Positions 36,176-46,388 of a stretch of DNA of 51,801 bases are shown in pieces. Within the stretch, counting starts at the first letter, position 1; every line of letters starts with the position of its first letter. The notes beneath the pieces are model-generated. The model was not told the DNA's origin. It did no database searches and saw only the letters and a program-made list of their open reading frames with translations. The position numbers were made by a program, and so were the translations under genes. Source of the DNA: a virus (taxonomy: Duplodnaviria > Caudoviricetes); the IMG/VR virus record IMGVR_UViG_3300037458_001593, positions 1 to 51,801 of that record; one strand, written 5' to 3'.

Positions 36176-36635
36176 ACACGTCAGGCCGTTGACGGTAGTA
36201 ACAGCCTCTCCTCGAATGAAAAGGAACATGCGAATACTGGTCCACTCAGTTCTAGCAGACTACTTCAGACGCTTTGATAGGAAGCCCACGAAGGTGTTCA
36301 GTCTAGACATAGCGCTAGTGGATGCCCTTGGTGCAAAAAACAAAGAAACAGGGAAGGTTGGAATGACTATAGTGACGGAGAGGCACATCCTAGTGCAAGT
36401 CACTGACCCGTTCCTGGCAGAAGACTGTCACTCATCCCACAGCTATGGTCACACGCAATACCTTAACACAATATGCCACGAGCTAGTACATGTCGCGCAG
36501 GCGCTCACAGAGCAGCCGTTAACATTGCAACGAGCCACTAGTATGGAAGCATATTACAGAAGTATTCCAGAAAAGGAAGCCAATGCGCTTGCACCGATGT
36601 ACGTAGACATGTTTGCTGTACCACTGTTCCCTTAA
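36165..36635 (+). CDS. Zincin-like HExxH metallopeptidase
   Basis: NTICHELVHVAQ and PEKEA; start uncertain. Confidence 0.65.
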   Translation: MARKHVRPLTVVTASPRMKRNMRILVHSVLADYFRRFDRKPTKVFSLDIALVDALGAKNKETGKVGMTIVTERHILVQVTDPFLAEDCHSSHSYGHTQYLNTICHELVHVAQALTEQPLTLQRATSMEAYYRSIPEKEANALAPMYVDMFAVPLFP

Positions 36636-36646
36636 GATAGACAACC

Positions 36647-38512
36647 ATGACAAAATTGTTCGATATTGAATCAAATGGACTTCTGAATGAAGCGACAACA
36701 ATTTGGATTCTAACATTCTACGATTTTGAGAAGAAGACACTTCAATCATTCTCTGACTACGACGAAGAGCTGCCTCCACTAGATGAAGGATTAGCACAAC
36801 TGTTGGCAGACCAAAACGAAATCCTTGCCGGGCATAACATACTCGGATACGACTTCCCGCTGCTAAGGAAGCTAAAAGGAATCAAGATAAATCCAAGGCA
36901 GCCAGCAGCAGATACGCTGATCATGTCAATGGTTTTTCGTTATGTAAGAAGCCATAGACATAGCCTAGAAGGATGGGGCAAATTCTTCAGGCAACCAAAA
37001 ATGGAGATTGAGGTTTGGTCAGAGTACACCAAGGATATACGAGAACGCTGCGAATCAGACGTCATGCTCAATGTACGAGTCTTCGAGCATCTCAATAGAG
37101 AGTACGCAAAACTGTTCAAGCTGAACCCGCTAATTGAACTAGGGTTGTGGGTGGAGCATAGGTTCTCAAAGATTGCTGCACGTATTGAGCGGTATGGCTG
37201 GAGATTCAACAAAAAGAGCGCAGTACAGCTGATTGCGGAAACAAGCGAGCGCATGGCAGAAATTGAAGACCAGCTCGAGCCGATGATAGGCATGGTCCTA
37301 ATCAAGTTGGATAAACGAGGGACATACAAAAATCCAAAGTGGAATAAGAATGGGAAGTACTCGATGCAAACTGCGAGATACTTCGAAATACCACAAGAAG
37401 ATGGCCTCGAAGAACTGCCTACAGTCCTAGGCCCATTCTGTCGCGTAACCTTCAGACAAGGCAAACTAAGTTCCGATCTGGTGCTGAAGCAATGGCTGAC
37501 AAGCATTGGTTGGAAACCAGACGAGTGGAACTACGAGAAGATCAACGGGAAGATTGTTCAGAAATCACCGAAACTAACGTCAACATCGCTTGAAGTACTC
37601 GGAGAAGTTGGTGCATTGGTTGATGAGTACAATACCGTAAAGAATAGACACGGTATCCTAGAAGGCTGGGTAGAGAACGCCAGTAACTCTGCAGACAAAC
37701 GACTGCATGGCTCGATGTTCACCATCGGCACGCCGACGATGCGCTGTAGACACAAGGTAGTCGCGAATCTACCAACGGTTGAGTCAAAGTACGGGCCTGA
37801 AATGCGTGCCCTGCTGGAGGCACCGCCAGGGTACCTTCTGGTTGGGGCGGATTCATCAGGTAACCAAATGCGAGGTCTGTGCCACTACATCGGGAATGAT
37901 GAATTCACAAGCGAAGTCATCTCTGGTGATGTGCATATGCGGAATGCAAATGTACTCAAGGAATTCACCAACAACGAGCCGAATCGTCGGAAAGCCAAGC
38001 CATTCTTGTATGCTTTCTTATTTGGCGGATCTCCACCAAAGCTAGCAAGCATTGTGACGGGACACAGGGACAAGACGACTGGCGATCAAATCGTAAAGAA
38101 ATTTCAAGATTCAATCCCCGGGCTCGAGAAGGTCAGACGGGGCCTAGAGAACAAGTATGCGGAAACAGGAGCACGCTTCGGTCAGAAATTTGCGCATATC
38201 AGAGGCATAGATGGGCGGCCACTCTTCTCTGACTCTAAGCACAAACTACTTGTTGCGTTGCTGCAGGCACTTGAGAGTCTGACGTGCAAGGCAGCGGCGG
38301 TTTATCTGGAAGATGCCTTGATGGATGAAAGAATTCCACATGAGTTTGCGCTACATTACCACGATGAGTTGGTAATCGTTGTGCGAGAAGCGGACGCAGA
38401 GCGCGCAGCTGTACTCGCAGCAGAAGCCTTCCGTGAGGCGCCTAAGATGTTTGGTGTAACATGCATGGACGGGCAGGCCAAGATCGGGAAAAACTACGCG
38501 GAGATCCACTAA
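36647..38512 (+). CDS. polA: DNA polymerase family A (T7-like) with 3'-5' exonuclease
   Basis: FDIESNGL, GHNILGYD, motif A GADSSGNQMR, motif B RRKAKPFLYAFLFG, motif C YHDE. Confidence 0.95.
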   Translation: MTKLFDIESNGLLNEATTIWILTFYDFEKKTLQSFSDYDEELPPLDEGLAQLLADQNEILAGHNILGYDFPLLRKLKGIKINPRQPAADTLIMSMVFRYVRSHRHSLEGWGKFFRQPKMEIEVWSEYTKDIRERCESDVMLNVRVFEHLNREYAKLFKLNPLIELGLWVEHRFSKIAARIERYGWRFNKKSAVQLIAETSERMAEIEDQLEPMIGMVLIKLDKRGTYKNPKWNKNGKYSMQTARYFEIPQEDGLEELPTVLGPFCRVTFRQGKLSSDLVLKQWLTSIGWKPDEWNYEKINGKIVQKSPKLTSTSLEVLGEVGALVDEYNTVKNRHGILEGWVENASNSADKRLHGSMFTIGTPTMRCRHKVVANLPTVESKYGPEMRALLEAPPGYLLVGADSSGNQMRGLCHYIGNDEFTSEVISGDVHMRNANVLKEFTNNEPNRRKAKPFLYAFLFGGSPPKLASIVTGHRDKTTGDQIVKKFQDSIPGLEKVRRGLENKYAETGARFGQKFAHIRGIDGRPLFSDSKHKLLVALLQALESLTCKAAAVYLEDALMDERIPHEFALHYHDELVIVVREADAERAAVLAAEAFREAPKMFGVTCMDGQAKIGKNYAEIH

Positions 38513-38516
38513 AGTC

Positions 38517-39605
38517 ATGTCTAAAGAACGAAACAAGAAACCGCTACCTGCGAGTATCCCTCCATTTGATATTGCCATCATGGATCTGGATACGCTCCCA
38601 TACATATTCGGATGGACACACGAAGATGTTGAGATGGGAATGCGTGCCATTGATGGGTGGCTAATCAGTGTGATGGACTACCTGAAGGTCTCAGAGAGTG
38701 TTGGGTTCATCAAGGGAGTTGATAACTTCAGGCTAATCAACGATCCAAACTACAAGTCAAAGAGAAAGGACAGTATTGCCCCAGATATCCGGGCACGCAT
38801 TGATCGTCTGTATGAGTACCTGATGGAGATTGCCACAGAAAGTGTAGATGCGGAAGCAGACGATTATTGCTCCATTCAAATGTACCAGGAGCTGTCTGAC
38901 GGCAAGAATCCAGTAGTGGTACACGTTGATAAGGATTTGAACCAAATACCTGGATGGCACTACAATCCAAAGAAAAATGATGCTTACTTTGTATTGCCTG
39001 AAGAAGGCTACACTGTGATGATCAAGCAGCTGCTCAGTGGCGACTACACGGATGGTGTGGTTGGCATCCCGGGACGTGGTCCTGCGTGGGCAGAAAAGGT
39101 CTTCATGGAGTACCAACGCGAGCTCTCTGGTATCCTGGAGTTCGTGTACAGCGTCTACCGGAGGGAGCTAAAAGGGAATGCGCAGGCAGCCTTTGTAAAC
39201 ACTGCAAATCACATCTTCATTAGAACAAATCTAGAAGATCTTCGTTGGTTGACATTCGACGAGCTTATGGATAGGCTTAAGTGGGATGGCGATGACAAGG
39301 TATGCTACTGGCCGAAACAACAGAGTGGGATCAGACAGCTCTTGATTGAGTCGGTAGAGATACCGCACAAGAGTGCAACAGTAGAGCACAAATGGAACCA
39401 AGAAAAAGATATAGAACGCCTTGGAAATGTCGGAGTAAGGCTGCTTTCGCCAACTACCAAGATTCCTTTGGCTTCATCTACCAGATCACATGTATCCCAA
39501 CGGGTGAAAGATACATCGGGAAAAAGTCGTTTCACGTCTATCGTGGAAAGAAGCGCCTACGCGAGAGTAGCTGGCGCCATTACAAGGGGAGCAGTGAGGA
39601 AGTAA
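38517..39605 (+). CDS. 5'-3' exonuclease (T7 gp6-like)
   Basis: YKSKR, EADD, DKDLNQIPGWHY, QLLSGDYTDGVVGIPG. Confidence 0.9.
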   Translation: MSKERNKKPLPASIPPFDIAIMDLDTLPYIFGWTHEDVEMGMRAIDGWLISVMDYLKVSESVGFIKGVDNFRLINDPNYKSKRKDSIAPDIRARIDRLYEYLMEIATESVDAEADDYCSIQMYQELSDGKNPVVVHVDKDLNQIPGWHYNPKKNDAYFVLPEEGYTVMIKQLLSGDYTDGVVGIPGRGPAWAEKVFMEYQRELSGILEFVYSVYRRELKGNAQAAFVNTANHIFIRTNLEDLRWLTFDELMDRLKWDGDDKVCYWPKQQSGIRQLLIESVEIPHKSATVEHKWNQEKDIERLGNVGVRLLSPTTKIPLASSTRSHVSQRVKDTSGKSRFTSIVERSAYARVAGAITRGAVRK

Positions 39606-39871
39606 AAGCACTGATGCTGGACCATCCGCTAAGTTCCTTTGAGTTCAGGATATTGTTTATAGCAAAGACCAAGGCAATCTGGTCTCATGCTGAAAGCAAT
39701 ATCCTGCACAAACTGGATTGCTTAACATTGACTACGTCGGATGGCTACCCAGCATACTTGAACAAAAGAGTGAATGAAGTCAAGTGGATTGCGAAGGACT
39801 ACCCGCATGATGAGATAGAAGACGTTGTTAATTACCTCATTCGAGAGAGAAATAGAGAAAGAAACAAATGA
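39392..39871 (+). CDS. GIY-YIG-like endonuclease
   Basis: FGFIYQIT...GERYIGKK...WRHYKGSS...E...YLN. Confidence 0.75.
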   Translation: MEPRKRYRTPWKCRSKAAFANYQDSFGFIYQITCIPTGERYIGKKSFHVYRGKKRLRESSWRHYKGSSEEVKALMLDHPLSSFEFRILFIAKTKAIWSHAESNILHKLDCLTLTTSDGYPAYLNKRVNEVKWIAKDYPHDEIEDVVNYLIRERNRERNK

Positions 39872-41517
39872 CATGGTATCATGAGAAGTGTCCAAACCCA
39901 GATTGTAACAGCTCCGATGCATTCTCTCACCAAGATGGCGATGTTTTCGGGTACTGCTTCAGTTGCGGACACTCAGCCCCGCTTGATGGCAGTGGTGCAG
40001 CGCGCGTAGGAAAGAGGATGCCTCCTTCTGTAGTTTCAAATGGAAAAAGACAACTTACAATCGAGGAAATCTCCACATTCCCAGAGGGAGATGTGCTCGA
40101 GCGTAAGATTACAGAGTTGGTAGTCTCCCACTTTGGCCTGCGAGTACAGTACGGCAGAGAAGGACAAATCGAAAAGCACTTCTACCCGTACACAAAGAAA
40201 GGGAAAGTAGTAGCTTACAAGTGTCGGACACTACCAAAGACATTCACTACTATTGGGAACTTCAAGAATGTCGAGCTGTTCAACCAAGCTAATTGTGCAG
40301 GTAACAAAAAGTTAATCATCACTGAAGGTGAGCTTGATGCGATGGCAGTGGCACAAGCCCAGTACAGTCGGTACAAGCGCTTCTACCCTGTAGTCTCATT
40401 GCCAAGTGCAGCTGCAACAGAGGCACTGATTCGGGAACTCGAATTCATTCGTAGCTACGAGCAAGTCATCCTAGCATTCGATATGGATGAGCCTGGTCGT
40501 GCGGCAGTGGACAAGGCTGCTAGAATCATCGGCTTCGAGAGAGTACGAATCGCCAATCTACCGTCGAAAGACCCGTGTGAGGTACTGCTGGAGCATGGCC
40601 CAGAAGCACTCATGCAGGTGCTCTTTGATGCGAAGGCATACAATCCTGCAGGTATTGTGTCTGGCGAGACCATTTGGGAGACATTCAAAAACCATAAAGC
40701 AAAGGTCTCCATACCATACCCGTCCTGCCTCTCTGGGCTGAACATGCGCATTAAGGGAATGCGCCTCGGTGAGATTGTTCTCTTCACGAGTGGCACTGGG
40801 TGTGGAAAGAGTACTGTGGTGAAGGAAATAGCATACCACCTACTCCAAACTACCGAAGTGCATGTTGGGTTGGCGGCGCTAGAGGAATCAGTCGGGGACA
40901 CTGCCGAGAAGTTCATTGGTATCGCATTGAATCACAGCCTCTCGAACGAAGATGACCAGCCTACAGAAGAAGAGCTTCGCGAGGCATTCGATTCAGTCTT
41001 TGGCTCAGAACGCTTAATTCTTCTTGATCACCAAGGCTCAGTAGCTGATGAGTCGTTATCGGAAAAGATCGAACAACTCGCCCTAATGGGCTGCTCTCAT
41101 ATTTTCCTGGACCACATCACAATTGCAGTGTCTGAGGGAACGGAAGGAAACCAAGGTGGGAATGAGGCGATTGACGCAGTGATGAGCGACCTGCTAAAAA
41201 TCGTGAAGAGGAATAACATTTGGCTGGGTATCGTCAGTCACCTTCGTAAGACACCTGTTACTATCAAGAAGTCCTTTGAAGAGGGCCGGATGCCATCTTT
41301 GGATGATATCAAAGGCTCTGGTTCAATCAAACAGATTGCCTTTGATGTTGTAGCCTTTGCAAGAAATACAACTGCTGAGAGCGAAGAAGAAAGAAGCAGA
41401 ACACAGCTATGCGTACTAAAAAGCAGGTACACTGGAAACACTGGACTAGCAGGGGAATACACATACTCTGCTGAAACAGGGAGAATCTCACTAGTAGACA
41501 TTGATGACTTTGCGTAA
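39868..41517 (+). CDS. Primase-helicase (T7 gp4-like)
   Basis: N-terminal Cys4 Zn ribbon, TOPRIM TEGELDAM/FDMD, Walker A SGTGCGKST, FLDHITI, VSHLRK, GSGSIKQ, LKSRYTG. Confidence 0.95.
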   Translation: MTWYHEKCPNPDCNSSDAFSHQDGDVFGYCFSCGHSAPLDGSGAARVGKRMPPSVVSNGKRQLTIEEISTFPEGDVLERKITELVVSHFGLRVQYGREGQIEKHFYPYTKKGKVVAYKCRTLPKTFTTIGNFKNVELFNQANCAGNKKLIITEGELDAMAVAQAQYSRYKRFYPVVSLPSAAATEALIRELEFIRSYEQVILAFDMDEPGRAAVDKAARIIGFERVRIANLPSKDPCEVLLEHGPEALMQVLFDAKAYNPAGIVSGETIWETFKNHKAKVSIPYPSCLSGLNMRIKGMRLGEIVLFTSGTGCGKSTVVKEIAYHLLQTTEVHVGLAALEESVGDTAEKFIGIALNHSLSNEDDQPTEEELREAFDSVFGSERLILLDHQGSVADESLSEKIEQLALMGCSHIFLDHITIAVSEGTEGNQGGNEAIDAVMSDLLKIVKRNNIWLGIVSHLRKTPVTIKKSFEEGRMPSLDDIKGSGSIKQIAFDVVAFARNTTAESEEERSRTQLCVLKSRYTGNTGLAGEYTYSAETGRISLVDIDDFA

Positions 41518-41556
41518 TCTAGTTCTCTGAATGAGTCTCGTACAAGTTGAAGGCAT

Positions 41557-43767
41557 ATGAACGCGCTAGAATACTTGATGAAACGTGTGGAAACTGTCGT
41601 AGTCGATTCTGAAAAGATCTACAACGAAGGCGCAAGACTACTAGCGAATTACCCGCACTGGGCCATAGAGCTGCCACACTTCATTGATCTTTGCTGGGAC
41701 AACCTAGTGAAGTGCTGCGTAAGAAACAAGCATGCGAGCCATAGTTCTGAAGTAAAACTGACCTTCATAAGCCATTCCCTTGGGCAGCGACTTGCTGTAC
41801 TGATTGGTGAAGATGAAGATGATATCAAGACAGCGCTGTCCCTCGGTGATATCATGCTTGAAACCTTCTTGCAGGAGGGCAAGATTGAGATCTTTCGCCA
41901 GTACGAGGGGCATGCGGCACCATACATCGTGAGGCTCACTGGCGCAGAGGCAGACCGAGAGCCTGCCCCAACACTGATAGGGACGACCTTCATGGAACCG
42001 GCGCCTATCACAAATCTGTTCAGCCCGATAACCGGCGAGCCATACATCAAGGGCTGGAAATCAAACAAGCTGTTCAAGGAGTATCTTGGGCAGCCATTCG
42101 TACGGGCGCTAGAGAAGATGCGCGCAGTGCGTTGGGAATTGAACATACCGGTGCTGGAAGTACTCAAGGCGAATCCACCACCAAACTTCATCGAGTTGGT
42201 AAGCCAGTCTGACGGAGAGATTCACACACTGATGGTAGGGCAATCGCCTGCCACATTGCGAAAGAAAGATCTGTGCTACCTGGATGGCTCTGTATTCCAG
42301 GGCAAAAAGGACATCCGATTCCAACGTGTGATTAGCAAGTGGTTAGAGTACAAGCAGATTGTAGCTAAGGCTGATCTGGTAATTCGGCAAGGAGGTACCT
42401 TTTATCAAGAAGTCTCTTGCGATTACCGTGGCCGAGTGTACTACTCTGAGTCCTTCCTGGAGTATCAGGGGGCGGATTCGGCACGTAGCCTATTCCTATT
42501 CGCAGAGAAGCAGCCGGTAACTAACAGAGGCAAGTTCTGGCTGATGGTGCAGGCAGCAGTCGCCTACAACCAGAGCTACACGATAGCTGAGCTGCGGAAG
42601 CTTCGGTGGCCCACCACGAACTACATGCTATATCTGCAGCAAGAAAAACTGGATTCCATTAGCGTTGACAAAATGACCCTGCAGGACAGATACCTGTGGG
42701 CAAAGAATAATCTGTACAAGTTCTGTCAACCTCTGCCGTATCTCTGCCCTGAAGCCGAGAAACCATACGCATTCCTAGCAATCTGCTACGAGCTATACAA
42801 CCTAGAAAGAAATCCAGATTACCAGTCGGGGTATCCACTGCCTATCGACGGTGCAAATAATGGTTGGCAACACCTAGCAGCGATCTCGAAGGACAGGGAA
42901 GCAGGTGATCTAGTCTCACTAACAAAAGCACCGATACAGCGGGACTTCTACATTACTGTAGCGAAGAAGCTAAGAGAGTATGCGGCAGAGTGGTTTGCTG
43001 CTAGAGATATGCCAATGAAGCATGTCCGGAAAGGAATCGCCAAACGAGGGGCGATGACTCGAGCTTATACTGCAGGCAAAGAGCGTATTGCAAAGAATAT
43101 GCATGACGACTGCCACGCAGAAGGCTTCTGTGTAGTGTACGATATCGCAGAGGAAGACTGCAGCTACCTTGCAGGACAACTTATTGAAGCGATCAACGAA
43201 GTCTGCAAGGGGCCTCTCCGTACAACAAAATATCTGCAGAAAGTTGTGGCACATCAGCTTGATGCTGGTAGGAACGTCATCAGCTGGGTCACTCCAAGCG
43301 GCTTCCCTGTAGTGTACAAGGCATACCTTCAACAAAAGAGAAAACAGAGAGGCACGATACGTGGCCTACCAAACAGCAAAGATGGTAGGATTATGCACAT
43401 CATGCGTGTAGACATCATCGCAAAAGAAACGAAGACAAAAGTGCCATGCCGCAGGTCATTTGCGAGCGGCATCAGTCCAAACTTTGTGCACAGCATGGAT
43501 GCTGCCCATTTGTGCAATACCGTGGTAGCCTACGACGGGAACTTCGCGGGGGTGCATGATACTTTCGCAGTGCATGCGTCAGGCGTAGACTTTTTAATTG
43601 AAGTAACGAAGGCAACATTTATTGCACAGTACGATGTCCCAAATTTCTTTGATGTAATTGATGAGCTGCTAATAACACATGACAGAGACTCTTTCAGGAT
43701 TCCCGCTCCAGAACTTGGAACACTTAACATTGAGGAGGTCAACAAAAGTGACTACTTCTTCTGCTGA
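41557..43767 (+). CDS. Single-subunit (T7-family) RNA polymerase, 736 aa
   Basis: DYRGRVY, motif A PIDGANNGWQHL, motif B RKGIAKRGAMTRAY, WVTPSGFPV, SPNFVHSMDAAHL, motif C VHDTF. Confidence 0.95.
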   Translation: MNALEYLMKRVETVVVDSEKIYNEGARLLANYPHWAIELPHFIDLCWDNLVKCCVRNKHASHSSEVKLTFISHSLGQRLAVLIGEDEDDIKTALSLGDIMLETFLQEGKIEIFRQYEGHAAPYIVRLTGAEADREPAPTLIGTTFMEPAPITNLFSPITGEPYIKGWKSNKLFKEYLGQPFVRALEKMRAVRWELNIPVLEVLKANPPPNFIELVSQSDGEIHTLMVGQSPATLRKKDLCYLDGSVFQGKKDIRFQRVISKWLEYKQIVAKADLVIRQGGTFYQEVSCDYRGRVYYSESFLEYQGADSARSLFLFAEKQPVTNRGKFWLMVQAAVAYNQSYTIAELRKLRWPTTNYMLYLQQEKLDSISVDKMTLQDRYLWAKNNLYKFCQPLPYLCPEAEKPYAFLAICYELYNLERNPDYQSGYPLPIDGANNGWQHLAAISKDREAGDLVSLTKAPIQRDFYITVAKKLREYAAEWFAARDMPMKHVRKGIAKRGAMTRAYTAGKERIAKNMHDDCHAEGFCVVYDIAEEDCSYLAGQLIEAINEVCKGPLRTTKYLQKVVAHQLDAGRNVISWVTPSGFPVVYKAYLQQKRKQRGTIRGLPNSKDGRIMHIMRVDIIAKETKTKVPCRRSFASGISPNFVHSMDAAHLCNTVVAYDGNFAGVHDTFAVHASGVDFLIEVTKATFIAQYDVPNFFDVIDELLITHDRDSFRIPAPELGTLNIEEVNKSDYFFC

Positions 43768-44071
43768 AGGTCGTACATCACGGCAACTTCAGGATGCCCC
43801 TCAGGGCGCGTTGTTTGTATGGTGTAACGAAAGAATCAGTTATCCAAAAGGACTAGCACGTTTCCTGAAGAGAGAGGATATTGAAGTGCTGCCACTATCA
43901 GCGTTAAGCTTTGTAGGGATGTGTAACAGATGCCCCAGTGTCGTTATTGTGGATCACGCAGCTAACCTTTCTGCAGAAGCCCTATACGTATTAAGTACCA
44001 TGCGAATAAGAAGTCTGTCTAGTAATACGACTAAGTCGCATCCGATGGCAGATGAGCTACCAGAGATGTGA
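43748..44071 (+). CDS. Hypothetical protein
   Basis: GAGGAGG SD then GTG 43748; GRTSRQLQDAPQGALFVWCN...VIVDHA. Confidence 0.55.
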   Translation: MTTSSAEGRTSRQLQDAPQGALFVWCNERISYPKGLARFLKREDIEVLPLSALSFVGMCNRCPSVVIVDHAANLSAEALYVLSTMRIRSLSSNTTKSHPMADELPEM

Positions 44072-44178
44072 CTGCAGTCGGTACCTAATGACCTCGTCTC
44101 CAGCAATATAGACTCAGCAAAGACGCCTCCGCGTCCCACAAAGACTCATCAGAGTCTCGTTAGTGAAAGAGAAGTAAA

Positions 44179-46071
44179 ATGATGACACCATACCAAGAGT
44201 ACATCGCGAAGTCTAGGTACAGCAAGCACATCCCAGAACAACAACGACGAGAGCATTGGCCTGAGACTGTTGATAGATGGATTCATTTCTTTCAAAACAA
44301 CATTACAATCGATCATGAAATTAGCCGAAGCCCGCACATTTGGGGGAAGCTGAGGCAAGCTTTTATCGATCTACAAGTGCTGCCCTCAATGCGTGCAGTC
44401 ATGATGGCAGGCCCTGCGCTAGCGAAGACGCATATCGCAGGCTACAACTGCAGTTACACACCAGTAGACGATCTGAGAGTGTTTGACGAAGTTCTGTACA
44501 TCCTCATGTGCGGGACTGGAGTTGGCTTTTCTGTGGAAAGAAAGTATGTAGACCAGCTACCTACTATCCCTGAGAAATTCACATCGCTGTATATCATGGA
44601 ACCGATTACAGTGGAAGATACGAAAGAGAGCTGGGCACTGTCGTACAGGGAGCTTGTAGGCTCTCTGGCGAAGGGCATCCTACGTACATGGGATACCAGC
44701 CGAGTCCGCCCAAAAGGAGCAATTCTACGAACATCGGGAGGGCGAGCGAGCGGGCCGGAGCCACTTGTAGAACTGTTTGAGTTCACGACGAAACTCTTCA
44801 CCGGAGCAGCCGGACGTAAACTTACCTCGATGGAAGTACACGACATTATGTGTAAGATTGGTGATGTCGTGATCGTTGGTGGCGTACGACGCTCTGCACT
44901 GATATCCCTTGGGGATGTGGATGACGTGGCCCACTGCTACGCAAAGAATGGGAACTGGTATGAGACAGATCCAATTCGCAGTATCGCCAACAACAGTGCT
45001 GTATATCATGGAAGACCAAGCTACGATGTCTTCCAGAAGAATTGGCAGGCCCTGATCGACAGCCGCTCAGGAGAGCGCGGCATTTTCAACCGGCGTGCTA
45101 GCCAGCTCCAGGCAGCGAAACATAACAAGAGGCCTGAGTATGTGGAGTATGGTACGAATCCCTGCTCTGAGATCATTCTCAGCCCATCCCAATTCTGCAA
45201 TCTGAGTACAGTCATCGCTAGACCCACAGATACCGAGAGTAGTCTTGTTCAAAAAGTAATTTTGGCCACAATCGCAGGCACGCTGCAAGCGGCGCTCACG
45301 AAGAACATGCCGATCCTGCGAGAGAAGTGGAAAATTGCTACTGAAGCAGAAAGATTGCTAGGGGTCTCTATCTCTGGCATCTACGAATGCCCTCTGCTGA
45401 ATACCGTGGGAGCAGACACGGCTAATCGGCTCCTGCGGCTGCGCGATATCGCACACCAGACAAATAGGCGCTGGGCAGAGGCTATTGGTATCACACCCGC
45501 AACTGCGATTACCTGCGTGAAACCGGAAGGGACAGTGAGCCAGCTGACAGGCTCTACATCTGGTATCCATCCAGGGCATTCGAAGTACTACGTGCGTCGC
45601 GTTCGACAGAACATGATGGAACCGCTGTGCCGGTTCATGATCGAAAGCGGAGTGCCCTGGGAACCTTGCAAGATCAACCCTGATGAGATGGCAGTGTTCA
45701 GTTTCCCGATGTCTACCGCCGCTATTACTCGGGATCAGGTATCCGCCATCGAGCATCTAAAGCTGTGGCTGCAGTACCAACGCTACTGGTGTGACCATAA
45801 GCCTTCTGTAACGATATCAGTGAAGGACAACGAGTGGGATGCCGTTGGTGACTGGGTGTGGGAGCACTTCGATGAATGCACAGGCATCAGCTTTTTGCCC
45901 TACGACATGGGCTCGTATGAGCAAACACCATACGAAGAAGTTTCTGAAGAGGAGTACATCAAGCTCACGTTACAAGAAGTCAGGATCGATTGGTCAAGTT
46001 TCGTGGAAACAGAAGACAATATTGTTAGTATGAAAGAGCTTGCATGTACTGCAAATGGTTGCACAATCTGA
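44179..46071 (+). CDS. nrdJ: Class II (B12-dependent) ribonucleotide reductase
   Basis: PSMRA, YNCSY, GGVRRSALISL, TNPCSEI, QFCNL, TCVKPEGT, HKPSVT, C-terminal ACTANGC; no nrdB in window. Confidence 0.93.
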   Translation: MMTPYQEYIAKSRYSKHIPEQQRREHWPETVDRWIHFFQNNITIDHEISRSPHIWGKLRQAFIDLQVLPSMRAVMMAGPALAKTHIAGYNCSYTPVDDLRVFDEVLYILMCGTGVGFSVERKYVDQLPTIPEKFTSLYIMEPITVEDTKESWALSYRELVGSLAKGILRTWDTSRVRPKGAILRTSGGRASGPEPLVELFEFTTKLFTGAAGRKLTSMEVHDIMCKIGDVVIVGGVRRSALISLGDVDDVAHCYAKNGNWYETDPIRSIANNSAVYHGRPSYDVFQKNWQALIDSRSGERGIFNRRASQLQAAKHNKRPEYVEYGTNPCSEIILSPSQFCNLSTVIARPTDTESSLVQKVILATIAGTLQAALTKNMPILREKWKIATEAERLLGVSISGIYECPLLNTVGADTANRLLRLRDIAHQTNRRWAEAIGITPATAITCVKPEGTVSQLTGSTSGIHPGHSKYYVRRVRQNMMEPLCRFMIESGVPWEPCKINPDEMAVFSFPMSTAAITRDQVSAIEHLKLWLQYQRYWCDHKPSVTISVKDNEWDAVGDWVWEHFDECTGISFLPYDMGSYEQTPYEEVSEEEYIKLTLQEVRIDWSSFVETEDNIVSMKELACTANGCTI

Positions 46072-46097
46072 AACTGGTGAGTCTTTAAGAGGCTACT

Positions 46098-46388
46098 ATG
46101 ATGAACAAGAAAGTAACTGAGCTACCAAAGCGAAATTACAACATCTTCGCTGCACAAGGAGATACTGAAACAACTGACATGGATGTCGTAGAGACGCTCG
46201 GGTTGGACCCACAGGTTGCCTACACGCCGAATATCAACCTTGCTGCTGCAAAGAAAATGGAGGAAGAGAACATCAAGGGGTACATGGCACAAGGACTGCC
46301 AGAGGCGCAGGCCCGGTCGCTGGCGAAAGAGCATTACAACGCAATGATGGCCACACTACAGGAGCTTGGCCTGGAAGTAAAACTATGA
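46098..46388 (+). CDS. Hypothetical protein
   Basis: 96 aa, GAGG SD. Confidence 0.7.
   Translation: MMNKKVTELPKRNYNIFAAQGDTETTDMDVVETLGLDPQVAYTPNINLAAAKKMEEENIKGYMAQGLPEAQARSLAKEHYNAMMATLQELGLEVKL

Noticed and set aside
36647-38512. Z-genome (2-aminoadenine) polymerase interpretation
   Set aside because: No purZ or datZ visible in the window; motif changes alone are insufficient
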